Assembly (NCBI GenBank): GCA_002633005.1
Contig: NMRA01000421.1
Span: 324,171-388,170 of the forward strand
DNA: 64,000 nucleotides
Source of the DNA: Phoronis australis
Lineage: Eukaryota > Animalia > Phoronida
Direction: 5' to 3'
The notes below the pieces were generated by a model. That model had not been told where the DNA came from. It ran no database searches and worked only from the letters and a program-made list of their open reading frames with translations. The position numbers and the translations under genes are program-made. Shown here piece after piece: positions 23,141-37,500 of the stretch (position 1 is the stretch's first letter; every line of letters starts with the position of its first letter).

Positions 23141-25197
23141 GTTGTTAGTACACCTAAATTGGTTTTCTCTGGTATTTGCACAAAGTTACAGCCTGCAACT
23201 GTAGCTTAGAGCCAGCAATGACGGATGTGTACGAGACAAGAGCTGCCTTGATACGCCGTAAAATGTAACAATTTCGTAAAATGTAACCGTAAAAGTTGTT
23301 ACATTTTACGTTGCTAAACCTCTCCTAAAATGTAACAAGTTGTTACAACTGTTAGGTTTTACGTCGAATGCGCATGCGAGAAATGTACCATTGTTATATC
23401 GCAAAGTAAATGACCAAAACCACGAACAAGTGGTATCTGACACCGAAGGGATACTCGAGTCTTTTTGGACGAGGGGTGCCGCCCGAAAATTTGGATACCT
23501 ACCCATTATAGGGAATGGGCTCAGACAAAAAAGTGACCCAATTACAGAGTAGTTTTGTGTAAAAATTCACAGTTTTGTTCCAGAAATTCAGAAAGACACC
23601 TTTTTAAATATTCTTATTCTGTCGTCTGCTTAAGTCCCCCAGTGAAAAGTAGGTCACAACTGGTGGGAATCCTGGAGTAAAATACATGTAGGTCGATAGC
23701 ATTGTTTACGCTTTTCTAACCTTAAAACGTAATTTTTTGATTAAAAAAAAACAGGTTCCCATAGCTCAGGTACACACTCATCTCGTCGTTGGCAAACAGT
23801 TAGCTCCGGTTGGTCTAGGGTTGTGTTCACGTCAATTTAATGCATGGAATTAGCCGTAATTGCACCATTATAAAACATTTAAGTTAGGCCTACCTACTGG
23901 TAAACTTCACATTTTTTAGTTTCATTGCATAAAAGTAGCTTTCAGATAATTTTAAACGTAGCATGATCACTAAGCTGTGGTATGGTTACAAAAGATAACA
24001 AGTCTGGTATAGTGGCAAAAATGGCTATTTACAAAAATACCTCAAATTCTTGTTGAAAGCTTCATAAATCTAAATATCATGCTTGAACAACTTCAAAATA
24101 AGCTCTCTCTAACGCTACAGGCGAATTTTATACTAGAAACTCTCATCAAAACGTAATTCAACTGTTTATTGTTTCGTGACAACAGCTCGAACAAGGCTTT
24201 GAGTTCAGTTATCCAGTGCCCCTCCCTGCCGATCGAATCTCTCAATTTTGAGAGGAGTTCAGTTGAACGCCTGCGGCTACCTCAGCTACGAAACAAAACG
24301 ATGTCCATTAGGTCGACATAAATGAAAAATAATAAAAATGTCCTTGAAAACAACAATTTCTTGGACTACCGCTAGATTAGTGCTGAGATCTAGCAAGTGC
24401 CGAGACAAACTTAGGCGGCCAGCCTAGACGAGAGCGTGGAACTCCGATGCAAAATCTCCGCTAGGCCTACACTATCGCCACCAAACTGATAGGGGTGTAT
24501 CTTGGAACACTGAAATATATTTATGTTTATTACAACCTTCAAGTAATCAAGCAACATTGCCAAGTTCAGCTGCTCGTGTGGCCGTTCACACAGTTTGATC
24601 CGTAGTTTACACCTTTCAACATCACTTTTCGGCTTAGGTGATGCCCAAAAAAATGACGGGGATATTATTTTGGAGCACCATAATGTCTGATGGAAGTACA
24701 CACGCCATATTAACACCGCTTCACCATTCTTAGCGCCCAATTTCTTGAGCTATAGACTAAAATTAGTTTCACACGATAACATGTTCTTTGTCGGGTAAAA
24801 TGGCGGCTTGGAAACGCAGACGAAGGTGTGTCAAGAATGCTGCGTTTTGATTGGCCAGATAAGCCGTCAGTCACAATCCTAGCGATAGGTCAAGTGGCCA
24901 CAACTTCCAAACGATGTGAGCGACCTGGCAACCAAGTTACACATGAATCTTCGCCTGAGGCAGCGTTTTTAAAGCACGCATTCATGCGGGTTTGGACTGG
25001 GAATCTGGCTGACACCACTTTTATTGAACATAGACAATCTTTTTGGTCGGTCAGTAGTACTTTCATCACTGACTTGTGTCATTACTTCGTGACGGGAAAG
25101 CTGCATTCGAGATCTTACGTAATGTGATCACGATATAATGATATGCGATGCTTCTCGTTTTAGTGATCAATGGTCTAAGCCGATTTCATACATTGTT

Positions 25198-25508
25198 TCA
25201 TAACGTTAGCGCATACCAATCGTCTACTTGTTTCATAGACACCACAACTTTTCCCCATTGCGTGAGCACCTGATCCTTCGAGTAGAAGAATGGCCCCAGC
25301 ACCGCGCGTCCGATGGCCGCTTCATACAGCAGCCTCCCTTTCTGAACTATCGTCACCGTGAGCGCAGAATCGTCTATAAATTTCTTTGGCAATACAAAAT
25401 CAAAATTCTGGTGGAATTCTACGTCAGCTGGAATATTTTCCACGGGTATCCCTTTCTTGGTCTTCACTTTCTCTCCGCCACATATCAAACATGCTTTGAC
25501 GTAAAGAG
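25198..25508 (-). CDS. SYT15-like last exon (C2B core)
   Basis: YVKACL...KVKTKK...F.QNFDF...IGRAVLGPFFY...W; TGCAG acceptor; TGA stop. Confidence 0.92.
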
Positions 25509-28500
25509 CTGCAACGATATCATTACAGTTTAATTGGATTCATTTTGAAAATGTGAAACAATATCTGGGCTGTGTTTTGTAGAAAGTGAAGGCCAACTGA
25601 CCAGCGCATTCTGTTGAAAAGTAACTTTTGATTTAGGCCACTTACCGTGAGGTAGAAAATCTGTCTGTGTTAGAAGCGATTTCTAGACTTGAGATGAACT
25701 AAAACGTCATTATTTGCTTCAAACCACGCCTTTTTAGTTGATTGTCACGGCGGGTGTGATAAATTCAGTCACTCTCGCAGGAGACTACCAGGTGATTTAA
25801 AGTGATCAATTGAAAGGATAACGCGATAACGTTGTTCCGAAGCGCAAATACGCCTCTTGTAAAGATAACTGATGTTTTGACACTAGAACATGTAACGAAA
25901 GAAATTTTGACTTTAACCCCTCTTCACTGTTATCGAATAACCTTTTTTACCATGTAATTGTCAGGAACTATTTCGTGCAAATATTTGATTAAGCTGCAAA
26001 CTGTAAGTATAGTTTTGTTGTCAGAGATTTTCTACTCCGTTGAAGTGAGATTATTTTCGGAAATAGCTTGCATTGTATGGAGCGTAGGCCGAAATTTCTG
26101 ACCAGAGTTTCAAGTGACCATGACAGAGATACCAGGCTTCTTTTTCAAGAAAAGTCACTTTGTTTTGATGCTCGCACAACTGTATATTCCTGAAAAATAA
26201 TCAAACCTCACTTCCTCAATGTACAAAGTCTGTTAACATACCCATTACTATTAATTTCAGAGATAATGTGAATAAATTATTCGTTAAGCCTATGATACGC
26301 TAATAATGACATGGGTAATATAAACATTTATTCAGTAATTGAGAAACGGGGGCGTAAGACAAAATTTCTGACTTAGTCTTCTAGCGTCTCAGATTCACGA
26401 AAAGATACGACATGAAAGTCACGTGTTTTTGTGTAACAGACCCTATCGACTGCAAAACAACGGCACCAGTCACGTGACATTCCAATTAGCTTATTGTTTC
26501 AATATAGTATAATATAATATCGCTGTCAACCTATATTGTACTTCATCTTGTCGGAATGAAAAGCGTGCTAAACATACAAAGTTGACTGTGTTTCATTGCC
26601 GCTGTTGTCATTGCAGTGGGCTGGCACTCAGTGGCTGAAACACTTTCCGCAGAGAAAACTTTTTAGAGATGCCTTTGCTTTTTCAAAATGGGTTGCCTAC
26701 TCACAGGATGGACAAGATGAAATTCAACCCTTTTAGAGGGTAATAGGGATTTAAAGTTAATCGTATATAGGATTGAAAAAACGGCACCCTTTAATAGTAG
26801 ACATTTACGATAATATAACCTTTTTAGATGTTTTTAAAAACGTCAAACAACAATAAAACATGAAACTCTTCTGCAGGCTGCTATTATGAACCTTTTGTAC
26901 AAAAAAGAGAATCCTAAGTCGGAGAATGCACCATTTCGCAGGAAAATTAATCGCGAGAAAGTCGACCATCTGAGTGGCAAGTACAGTATATGCGTTTTTG
27001 TGAGAGGCCACTGGGCAAGAAACGCGCGCTACCGAACGCACCCCTGTATAATTGATACTCCAAGTCTCGTGAAATCATAAGTCTCTGAACTTACTTGAAT
27101 TCGCCACGGCTTTCAAGCCGCTAGCTCTTCCAATTTTCAAAATCAACTGGTCCCCATGGTACGCTGTTGACATGAATAGTCTCCCTCTGTCCATCATAAC
27201 CTAGAAGAGAATAAGTTTAATATTGTTCCTACCAGAAGTGGGGGGTAAAGATTTAGCCCACACCGTCAACTTCTGGGCCCCGTCATCGTCTTACTAAGTG
27301 CCACCACTCGTCCTTCTCGTCGTCGTCATTCGTTTGTCGGTTGTGAAGTTTTGCTGCTTTTCGTCATACCTCATTGATGTCACTGTAACGTTTTCTACTT
27401 GGTGAATAAAACAAAATACCACCGTTAGCATGGACTATGTCTCCTTCAAACTCATTTGCCAACCCATAATCCCTCAGTGATAATTATGAAAGAAACGTTT
27501 CATGTGCATGGAATCATGCTCGGATGTTTGTAGCCTGACATGAATTTGTTTTTATCTAAACATTGTGATTTTTCACGGTCATCGTGGAAGTGAAGAATAT
27601 CACTCGACATTTGAATATTCTGTTCCTACCGTACAATGTTAGCAGTAAAAGGGTGTTTAGGGCAGTGAGCTCAACCGTGAAAAGGGAAGATATTTGAGTT
27701 TATGAGTGAATGCGCATTGAGAATTACGTTCGCGAGATAAGAAGCTCTATAGTTTTAGAAATGTGTGTATGTGCGTGTGTGCGTGCGTGTGTGTGCGTGT
27801 GTGTGTCTGCATATATGCATGCATGTGTGTATGTATGTATGTATGTGCACGCATAATACTCATAAAATTAAATGTTTCACGTCTGAGATGTTACATGGAA
27901 AATCATTTTTAGAAAAATTGATTGAATGATAATAAACAGAGGGTAATTTAATGAGCAAAATTCCGTGTCTGTGATCGGCAAGGATTTGAATACGCATCGC
28001 ATAGTGTCGAAAATTTGTTTTTAAGAATTCATTTGAAAAAATGCAAGTGTTAGTAAAGAAGGTATTCGATAATACGATCTCAGGAAGGTAGTTACAGGAC
28101 GAATTAAAACATTTCATGTTCTCTAATTGGTCACCTTTGTAAAAATATTAGGAAAGTTAGGTTAAAGGAGAATGCCACCCAAAAAACAACCTATTTGTAT
28201 CAATTTAGATCGAGTAGTTCTACTCGATAACGGCAGGTTCGGTTGCGTTACCTGACACCTGACTGCAGACAGAGGTGTTGAAATTATCCAATGACGTAAT
28301 TGGTTTCACACGCAGTATGTTCAGCAGTTCACAACACGGGTTACTGGTGTCAGCTTATCGCTTGAATTCATAGTTTAACACCAATAAATCATCAAACTTC
28401 GATATAACACCCTTAAAATACACAGAGTTCTTATAAAAACGTGTTGTTTTATTTCTCTGTTACGGATTTACTGGTATTTGGACACACCGTAGCCTACAAA

Positions 28501-31500
28501 GTTCGGCAGGCCAATTTACCAAGGTCCGTAGCAGGAGTTTGGGGTCTGTTCGGTGATAAATTCGAAGTATTCTTCCGTGAAATACAGACAGGAGAATCTA
28601 GATCTGTGTTGTTTATACTTGTGATTTTTTTGAGTTCTAAACACACAAAAGGCTTGTTATCCCGGCCAGTGGCTCGGAACCCGATCAGGCCCGTCGCGGC
28701 CGGACTGACTCCTTATCCCGGCTAGTGACTCGGAACCCGATGATCAGGCCCGTCGCGGCCGCCGGGACTGGCACTAACATAAACCAGCTTGAGTTGGCCA
28801 CTAAACCTTCAGTCACGAAAAGACTGTAATAGTGAGCCAAAGAAAAAATGTGCACGTAATTATTTATGTGAATTAGCCACGAAACTGACAATCTACTTAC
28901 TTGTCGGGGGCCGGCCACGAAGTCGGGTTCCCCTTCCACAGACCGTCAGGGCAAAGGTTGTAACAATGATTTGAATAATGTATTTGTTTTTCTAAACAAA
29001 GATCCCCTAACATTTGACCATAGCATATAAAATCGAGTATATTGTTTCACAACCACTGAATTAGCATGCGCTCGTGGTCACGGCCTCGGAGCCCGGTCAA
29101 TTACCTTTGTTGCCGGCATCAAAAGCCGGTAACGCAGAGGTTTATTCATTGCTGGTTTCTCAAAACATTTGCACTCACGCACTCCAAGGCATTACAAATT
29201 GTATCTAATGAGACACACTTTGTTTCAGTTTCATATAAGCATTGGTTAGGATGAGAATAATTCATTTTGAAACAGAACGCAGAATAATAAACGTCTACAT
29301 GGCAACTCGCACGGCGCCAATCCCGACTTAGTCAAGAGCTCATCCGACGAAGACTTCACGGGTCGGATCGTTAGGTTTCATAGGCTATCACTTCAATCGA
29401 ACCGGAATACACTGATCAAGAAATACTAGAGAGGCGCCTTGAACGTGCACAGGCAACGGAACGTACGGATAGTTCTTTGGTAATCCGGACTTCGTCAGAG
29501 AAATCACTGTCGACGAAATGCCGGCCACAGACACGGAGATGTTTCACGGCCTCATACTTGCTATTAACAGCGTACCTTTCATTCTACTCTACTGCGAGCC
29601 ACTTCCTAAGCATTTAGGACTCTCGAGGAAGTCGAAAAAACGGTAAACCCGCTTTCTTTGCAGCTTCATAGTTCGGACAAGCGGGAACGATGCACCGCAA
29701 TATAGCGGCATTCACTCTGCAGACGAACCACTGACGTCGCTGCGTCGATTCTCACCTTCCTCACAGGTTAACGCGACACCTCTCGACAAGGCGATGTGGA
29801 TATAGACCGACTAAGACAGCAAAAAAGACTAATTAAATCGGGTGGCATTCTCCTTTAAGTTATGGGAACGTTCGAAATAGTGTAAAAAGCACTAAAAGAA
29901 ATGTGGAAGTAATGAAATGAGTTTAGAAATACGTCTCAGTGTTCTTACAACACTCACTGCTGTTGCCCGTGTTGTGAACTGCTGAACAGACTGCGTGTGA
30001 AACCAATTACGTCATTGGATAATTTCAACACCTCTGTGTGCCGTCAGGTGTCAGAAAACGCAACCGAACGTGCCGTAGTCGAGTAGAACTACTCGATCTA
30101 AATTGATACAAGATAGGTTGTTTTGGGGTGGCATTCTCCTTTAAGTCACTACATAAATGCCGCCTCAGCCCTTCTGCATAGTAATTTTGTTGTGGCAAAT
30201 CCAGAAAGCGCAGATTTACTACGAGAAAGCGTTAATGATGAGTTCTGTTGTAGTCAAAAAGATAGCTTGCAGGATGGACAATAAAGGCGCAGAATAAACA
30301 TCAGTGTGATTCTATGATGACAATGCACTGCATCTACAGCAGGTGGTCAAATAAAGATGATCTGCATTTACGACTGTCAATAACCTGTGTACACATCGTT
30401 GATCAAACCAATTTCAACTAAAGAGTATATTTAAAGTCACTTGTGGCACGAACAGTTGTAACTGCATTTCTACCATACACGATGGCACCTAAGTGAAAGT
30501 TTGGATTCGCTGCAAGTAATTAATCTATGTTTACGTACAGCTCAGCATTTGAAGGTATTTGACGCCAACATTGTCACGTGATAAGTACCTATACTGGCAT
30601 GCTTCGATATTTTGACTTGTTTGATTTCACATTTGTCTCTCAGTAAATCAACAAGGATAGGCAACGGTCAACCCTCAACCCTGTCCTAGGATTCTTCGAG
30701 TTTACATTTTTGACCCGGGGTTCCCGAGGACTGACCTCTGCGTTACCACTTCCCAATGTTTCGTGCATTCTCCACCCCTGGTAACTATTTCCGTTCCTTG
30801 ATAAATTCCCTTTTTCACTAATTTGAAAACCACTCGACAAAGTTACCACCGATTTTTGCTGATTCCAACGATTGTAGCCACTTCTGGGGGCCATTGGCCA
30901 GGGATACCATAGAATCGCACTTTGCGCACGAACCACCAACGAACCCATGAATCATGCATACGAACCCAAAATCACGCATGCAAAAATCACGCCCACGAAC
31001 CACAAAGATCATACATACGGGTTCGAATCACACAAATGAACACTTTATCGTTTGGTGGTTCGTGCGTGTACGTGATTCGAAGCTGTTCGTATGTATGATT
31101 TTTGTGGTCTGGGCGCATGATCTTAAAAAATAATTGCAGGCGGTCTGATACACGTTGTACCAGACGTGCACAGGCTGCGCATGTGGGCCCAATGCACTGA
31201 TCACCTGGAACCATTTTTATGATTTATTAATATATAGCTAAAACCGAGCTGAGGAGCTAGAAATCCGACTCAAGCGTTTAGCAGTGTGATCCAGTGGAAC
31301 TCGAACCCACGACCTCGAGCAAAGAAAACGGACACCTCGCATGATCTTTGTTCGTGTGGGTGATTTTGGGTTCGTATTCATGATTCAGAAGTTCGTAGGT
31401 GGTTCGTGCGTATGGTTGGGATGCTCGTTCGTATGATTCTACGGTACCACTGATTGTAACGCAAATGTTTATGTTGATCGGTTTGGTGCTGGCGTGCATT

Positions 31501-34500
31501 TGTATCAGTATTCTGTTGCGAGCCCCGGCAAAGCCGTTGGCGATGCACAAATGCCGGCCTTTACCTTGTTACCTTGATACTGACAATTTCACATTTTTCG
31601 TGGTTTTAAATTAAGTTTTGATCATTTCGAATACTTGAAAAGGATACTAAACCCTATTTTGATGATCTTCACCAATCCTCGTCACCTGCTAATGCATCAT
31701 TGTCGTCAACCTTCCAGTTAAAGTCAGGAATCAACAGAAACTCATTCTCCCTATGTCACAGATTGGACATTATGTGGTCCTTAGTGGGTGGTCTTTTGTC
31801 GTGTAATTCGCTTAAAACGGTGGTTACGCTTGCAGACTTTGGCAGGAGTTTGCTGCAAATTTTCCTCTAAACTTTTGAGAATTAAAGAGCATTATTTTGT
31901 TTCAGAAAACTGTATGGGAAAGTTTTTAGTATACGGTATGTTAATAGATCAAACAGCGCCTGCTACTTTATAGTCACCCAAGTATGGAATCGGACATATT
32001 TATGTGCCTACTCTATATGACGATGACGTTGTTTTAGTGTAATGACTATCTCCGCATGTCAGTGCATTAATGCGATAGCCTAGCTACTAATTGTCGCCGG
32101 TCACTAGAACAAACATGACGGGGTGTTGAAATCGATTTTTGATTGAAACGATGATTTCTATTGCTCCGACATTCTCTGTTCTTCTGAGGTCTGACGCCAA
32201 AGTATCGATGATTGTTCATCTACAGACGTGGATGGTCATAGATGCCCTAATCTAGTTACATTTTCAACACTAGTACATATGCGTATGAGGCGCGATGCAA
32301 AGGAAACATCGATTAGCTGTTGGTTTTGCACCCCACAACCTGCGGTGTATGTTAAGACTTTTCCTCGCACCCTCTGGATTTCCAAAAGCAGAAGCGTCAG
32401 GGAAGACAATTCTGATGTCGAATTCGATCCATACCTGAACTTTTTTAACAAATGCAAAAACAAAAACAAAGATCGGAGATTTCTATAAAAAAGCGCCATT
32501 TGCCCTTTTCATGAATTGCACTCGGAGCTCAAACACTTAGAGATCCGCACTACGAGACGAGAGCTCAGAAGGTGACAGTTTTGTGGAAATAGCCTAGTTT
32601 ATAACTCAGTATCACAGTTTTTGACTTGCAGAGTTGGGAGTGGTTCCATGATATCGCGCTTTGCATACCCACCTTAAAAATGTCGAAGGTAGGGACACCA
32701 AAATTTCCATTTTACTAGCATAAAATCTACCTATGAATAAAATTTGGAATAGACACTTCCAATGTTGAGTCTAAAAATGCAAATCGATTAACGTTTGTTA
32801 ATTTGTACAGTTGGATTGCCAAAAATCTAAAATAATTCCTCATTTTGTCAACAGAACAAAAAATATTTACGTGTTTAAAACATAAAAAGTAACCGAAATC
32901 TGTGTTTCTAACCTAAAGATCAGTTCACTGTAGCTGGGTTTACGCGTGTCAAACAAAATTAACACGACTTCAGCTGCTTGACGGATCAGGAAAGCAGTCC
33001 GCGCTCAATTATATTCACCTGAAGAAAAAGAAGCTGTCTGGGCTCGCTGGATAATGAGTTTATCCAAGCGGGTATCTAATGTAAATGACAAAATTCATGT
33101 CATGTATAAGGCTCCATACTACAATAGTAATAGCAATCAGTTGTCTCAAATGAAACATGGAAGGAGAGTTTGCATGCCAAAGATTCTCGTTAACAAAAAT
33201 TTCGTTGATAAGAAACAGAGTCTTTACCTCACTCTCCTTAGTCAGCCGCAGTTCACAGTGTTTCATCGTCGATGCCACCAGTATGTCGTTATCGACCTCC
33301 AACAGCGCGTGCCCTATGGCGTTGTGTTTCCGCTGCGCTTTTGAGTCGTACAGGGAGATTCGAATTGATTTCCCGTACGCATCGTCGATGGATGGGATGG
33401 GGAAGTAGAAGTGCTCGTCGAATTGGGGCTGAAGGCAGTTGTTGACGATTTTTGTCGTCTGAGTGTTTTTCTCTGCTGGTAACATACATAGTATTGCGAT
33501 TGGATCGTACGATTTGTCCTCACCTTTACACGGAAGGTCGAACGCCTCTTGTAGATGTAGTTTAATCCTATCCAGGGTATAAAGAGAATATAGAGTTTTA
33601 AATTTTTTGTGTCTTTGTTATCTGAGAACTTGGTAGTCAATACGGGTTGCTTCTTTGTACTAAATGCAATTTACTAAATGATGCAAATAGTGGTATCTGT
33701 TGGGAAAACTTAGTATTAGCAACAAATCATAAAAAGGTACAATAGTGCGACCAACGCACCTTTTGTGAACAATACAAATGTTTTGATGCTTAAAATTGAT
33801 ACTAATATCAAGAAACTTACAAATGCCAATTTTCAGAAAACCACCATTAGTAAGGCCCTCCACGTTATCATAACTCAAAGAAATCCGATTTTTTTTCACC
33901 CTCATGAATTGCTTAGGGACGCTTGCACCTAATAAGAACATAAAATTCGTCACCACGTAAGCAAGAAGCTTAATATATTCCGAAGATCGCATGAAATTAG
34001 TCAAAATTCAAAATGTGCAATTGACTCCCAACTGCAAAGGTACACTCTGAATTCAACCTATTACGTAGGAGTATCTGAGAAAATATGTCAACTATGGAAA
34101 GACAATGTGCATATTTTCTACACAAGATTTAAAACCGGTCAAAACATTAGTTTCACTCTGCAAGACCAAAAAACAAATCAAGATCAACATTTAACACTTC
34201 GTGACCAAAATGTAACACGCCAGGTCCGAAAATTTAATACGCCAGAAAATTTTCTTGGTAGGAGACCACGTGACCATCCACGAGCATTGACACCTCAAAG
34301 TGATGATAGGTACACATAACAAGGACTAAAGGTTCCAACAATGTCTCGTCGACCACAGTCATATTATAGCGACAATGACGTTGAATTTTTGTTGTCGCTT
34401 CCATACTATACAGTAATGTTCACGTGACCTTGTGGGAAACACGGTTGAGCATTGCAGAGACATAGCGGATCGGAATTTTAGCCGGGATAGTGGATGGCCA

Positions 34501-37500
34501 CGTGGTCTCTTGGCATGAACATTTTTGGCGTGATATATAAAAAGGTCCTGGCGTGATAAATTCCGGTTTAGAGTTTTTTTCGGTTTTGCAGATATTTTAA
34601 TTCATGGATAGAAAACCTGTGTCCTGGAATTTGGTCTGCTTTGGCTTTCCATAGTCAACGAGACTGTTTCAGTGAGAATTTGAATGCGTTTCCTTGGACA
34701 GAAGAACACAAACATAGGTCATGAAATTACTTTTTCACGCAAATTGAAAGTAATTGAATATGGTATTATATCTAGGCACGTCGTTATCGTGTACCTTTTC
34801 TTTGAAGATTCGTACTGCACAGTGAACATAACGCTTCCTACGTAGTCTTCTATTATATCCGATGTTGCGATCATGTCGTCGCAATTGTAACGTTCTGGAA
34901 AGAAATGAGTGCATAATTGTCCGTACTGTGTATGTATCTCGTGATTTTAAATTGACAACGTAATCATTAACATCAGCCAGACTGATCATAATAATAACAA
35001 TGATTGATGACGTTAATTTTCTGATCAGAACAGTCAAGTACCGACCATGAGCCTGAGGTGAGTCTGACGATGCAAACATAGCGGACAATTTCTATATTCC
35101 TCCTCCTAGCGTAGGTCCTAGCGTACTAAACGCTTGGCGTGCGTTCAGTAACGCTAGGACCTACGCTAGGACCTAGCTAAAATCTAGCCAGAGTCACATG
35201 TTCTCATTTGAAAACACGGCAATATCTCACGTAATCTCGCGAAGTCTTGCTTTTTAGCGAGGTCCTAGCGTTACTGAACGGGAGGCAGGTTTCCTGAGTA
35301 CTGATCTTCCGGTCTAAATCTTTGTGGTCTGGTAAGAACAGCACGATGCCATAGCTTGTTGATGCACTAATTATAACACGTGGGTGAGCGTTGTATACAG
35401 GGTGTCCCAAAACGTACACGCTTCAAATGCCAAAAACTGCATTGTTTATTGACTTTGGAACAAGATTACTAGATCAAACTCATGAAGAGTGATCAAAAAG
35501 GAATTAAGTCTATCAACCAAAATGAATGCACTGTTTGTTGACTTGACAAGGTTTACAGTGTGTTGATCTGGATTTTGAACGTGCTGCGTCACCCTCATGT
35601 CTCATTATTTTGAAGAGAATCCTCTTCCCAGGGAGTACAGTACAGTGCAGTACAGCGCAAAACTAGTGGATACAGTGAGTGAAGTGTAGTAGGCAATTTC
35701 GATGTAATCCAGTTCGATGCAACATACAATACAGTACAATACAACACAGAACTGCATAGCACGTGCAGCACAATGGAGAACTGTACATTCTAGTACAGTC
35801 CAATGTAGTACAGTACAGTACAGTACAGTACAGTACAGTACAGTACAGTACAGCTCAGTACACTACAACACAATACACCCCAGTAAAGCACAATACACTA
35901 CAGTACACTGTAATACAATACAATGTAATACATAAAGGTTATCCCACATAGTACATACTATTGCCCTGTCCTATCGAGAATTCCCCCAACTCGACCTTCA
36001 AGAAGGATATGGCAATAGTGTTTTTATGTAAGTTCAGCAAAATACACGGTGGTTCTAGTTGATGTATAGTATTGTGTGTAGATCAGAGGCATCAAAGTCC
36101 ATTATTTATACTCATTGTTTTAGCAAACTTCAAATTATGAGAAGGTTTGAAGTTGTTAATCTATTCTGCTCTACGATGTGTATTATTGAAGTTCACAGCG
36201 TTTAATAAAGGAAAGAGGTCGTTAATCTAAATATAATATTCTTTAATACCCAATGTTTGCTGAAATATCATTTGGTGAAATACGCGTAATCTGATCAAAC
36301 GATCCGTTTGACATTTAACCATCGTCTCCTTCTGACGTCCAAGCTGTCTGCTAACGTTGATTCAAACTCGTGCAAATCAAGGCGTGCAAGGAATTAGCGT
36401 AATATCAGTGCTCATGGACTTCTATATATGCTTATACAAGACTAATCATGCTAAATAGTGACTAACGTTATTGCTAAGCTCTTTGCCCCTGTGTTAACTA
36501 CGTTTGTTATTGACCCACTGAGGCTGCAGTCATTTCATGAAGCTTTCAGCGAGTTGAACACTAAACCACCGACCTCACAATACTCAACTTGGATTCAGTT
36601 TCAAACAGAAGGAATTACATGCGCACCTGAATAATAACTAACGCCCATTCAATCAAAAAGTATTGTCATTTTAACCCATCTTTGAAATCAAATGCTGAAA
36701 ATCTCCATGATAGCAAGTAGCAACATATATTAAAGAAAACAACAATCATGGTTTTAAGTTGGCTTGACATGTTTCGGTGTCATTTATTCAAACACCATCA
36801 TCAGAAGAGAATACAGTGGCCACCTAATAGACAGGGTATATCGCATTAACAACACTTGGGCTAGATTTGATTCTAATATTAAAGAACTAACAACGAATTT
36901 GCAAAAGAATGGCTATCCCCTAGAATTAGTCAACAGGGTACCGAAAGCAAGACTCCAACGAACCCTGATGATGTTCATCTTGTAGACAAAACTAAGTACA
37001 AGTACTTTAAAATACCATATGTTGGGTTTTATGCCAAGATTGCTCAACGAAAACTCAGCAAATTGGTGAATGATTACTGAGTGAACTTTAGAGTTGTATT
37101 AACATTCAAGTCTCTAAAACTGTCGAATTTATTTAACACTAAGGACAAAATTCCTATGGATCCACGGTCCAGGGTAGTGTACAAATTTATCTGTGCTGGA
37201 TGTGGCTCCAGTTACATTGGCGAAACTGTTCGCCATTTGAAAACCAGGCCCAAGGAACATCTAAATTCTGACAGAATTTCACCTGTAAATATTCACCTAC
37301 AGAGCTCCAATCATTGTTATCAGCAGTGCTCTTTCAATGACTTTGCAATAATAGACCAGGCAGTAACAACAAATGAGCTTAAAATTCGTGAGGCTCTACA
37401 CATCAGTTGGTGCAAGCCCAATCTCAATAGGCAAATGGCACACCACAGGCTGTCATTGTTGGTCTAGTTCATTGTCACTCCCTGTAACTGACTGTATCTG

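Noticed and set aside
31288-31320. tRNA-like T-arm/B-box (GGTTCGAGTTCC, minus strand)
   Set aside because: Only a fragment inside a MITE; no D-arm or full cloverleaf, at most SINE debris.
35717-35951. ORFs with VQYST repeats
   Set aside because: Product of the (CAGTA)n satellite.
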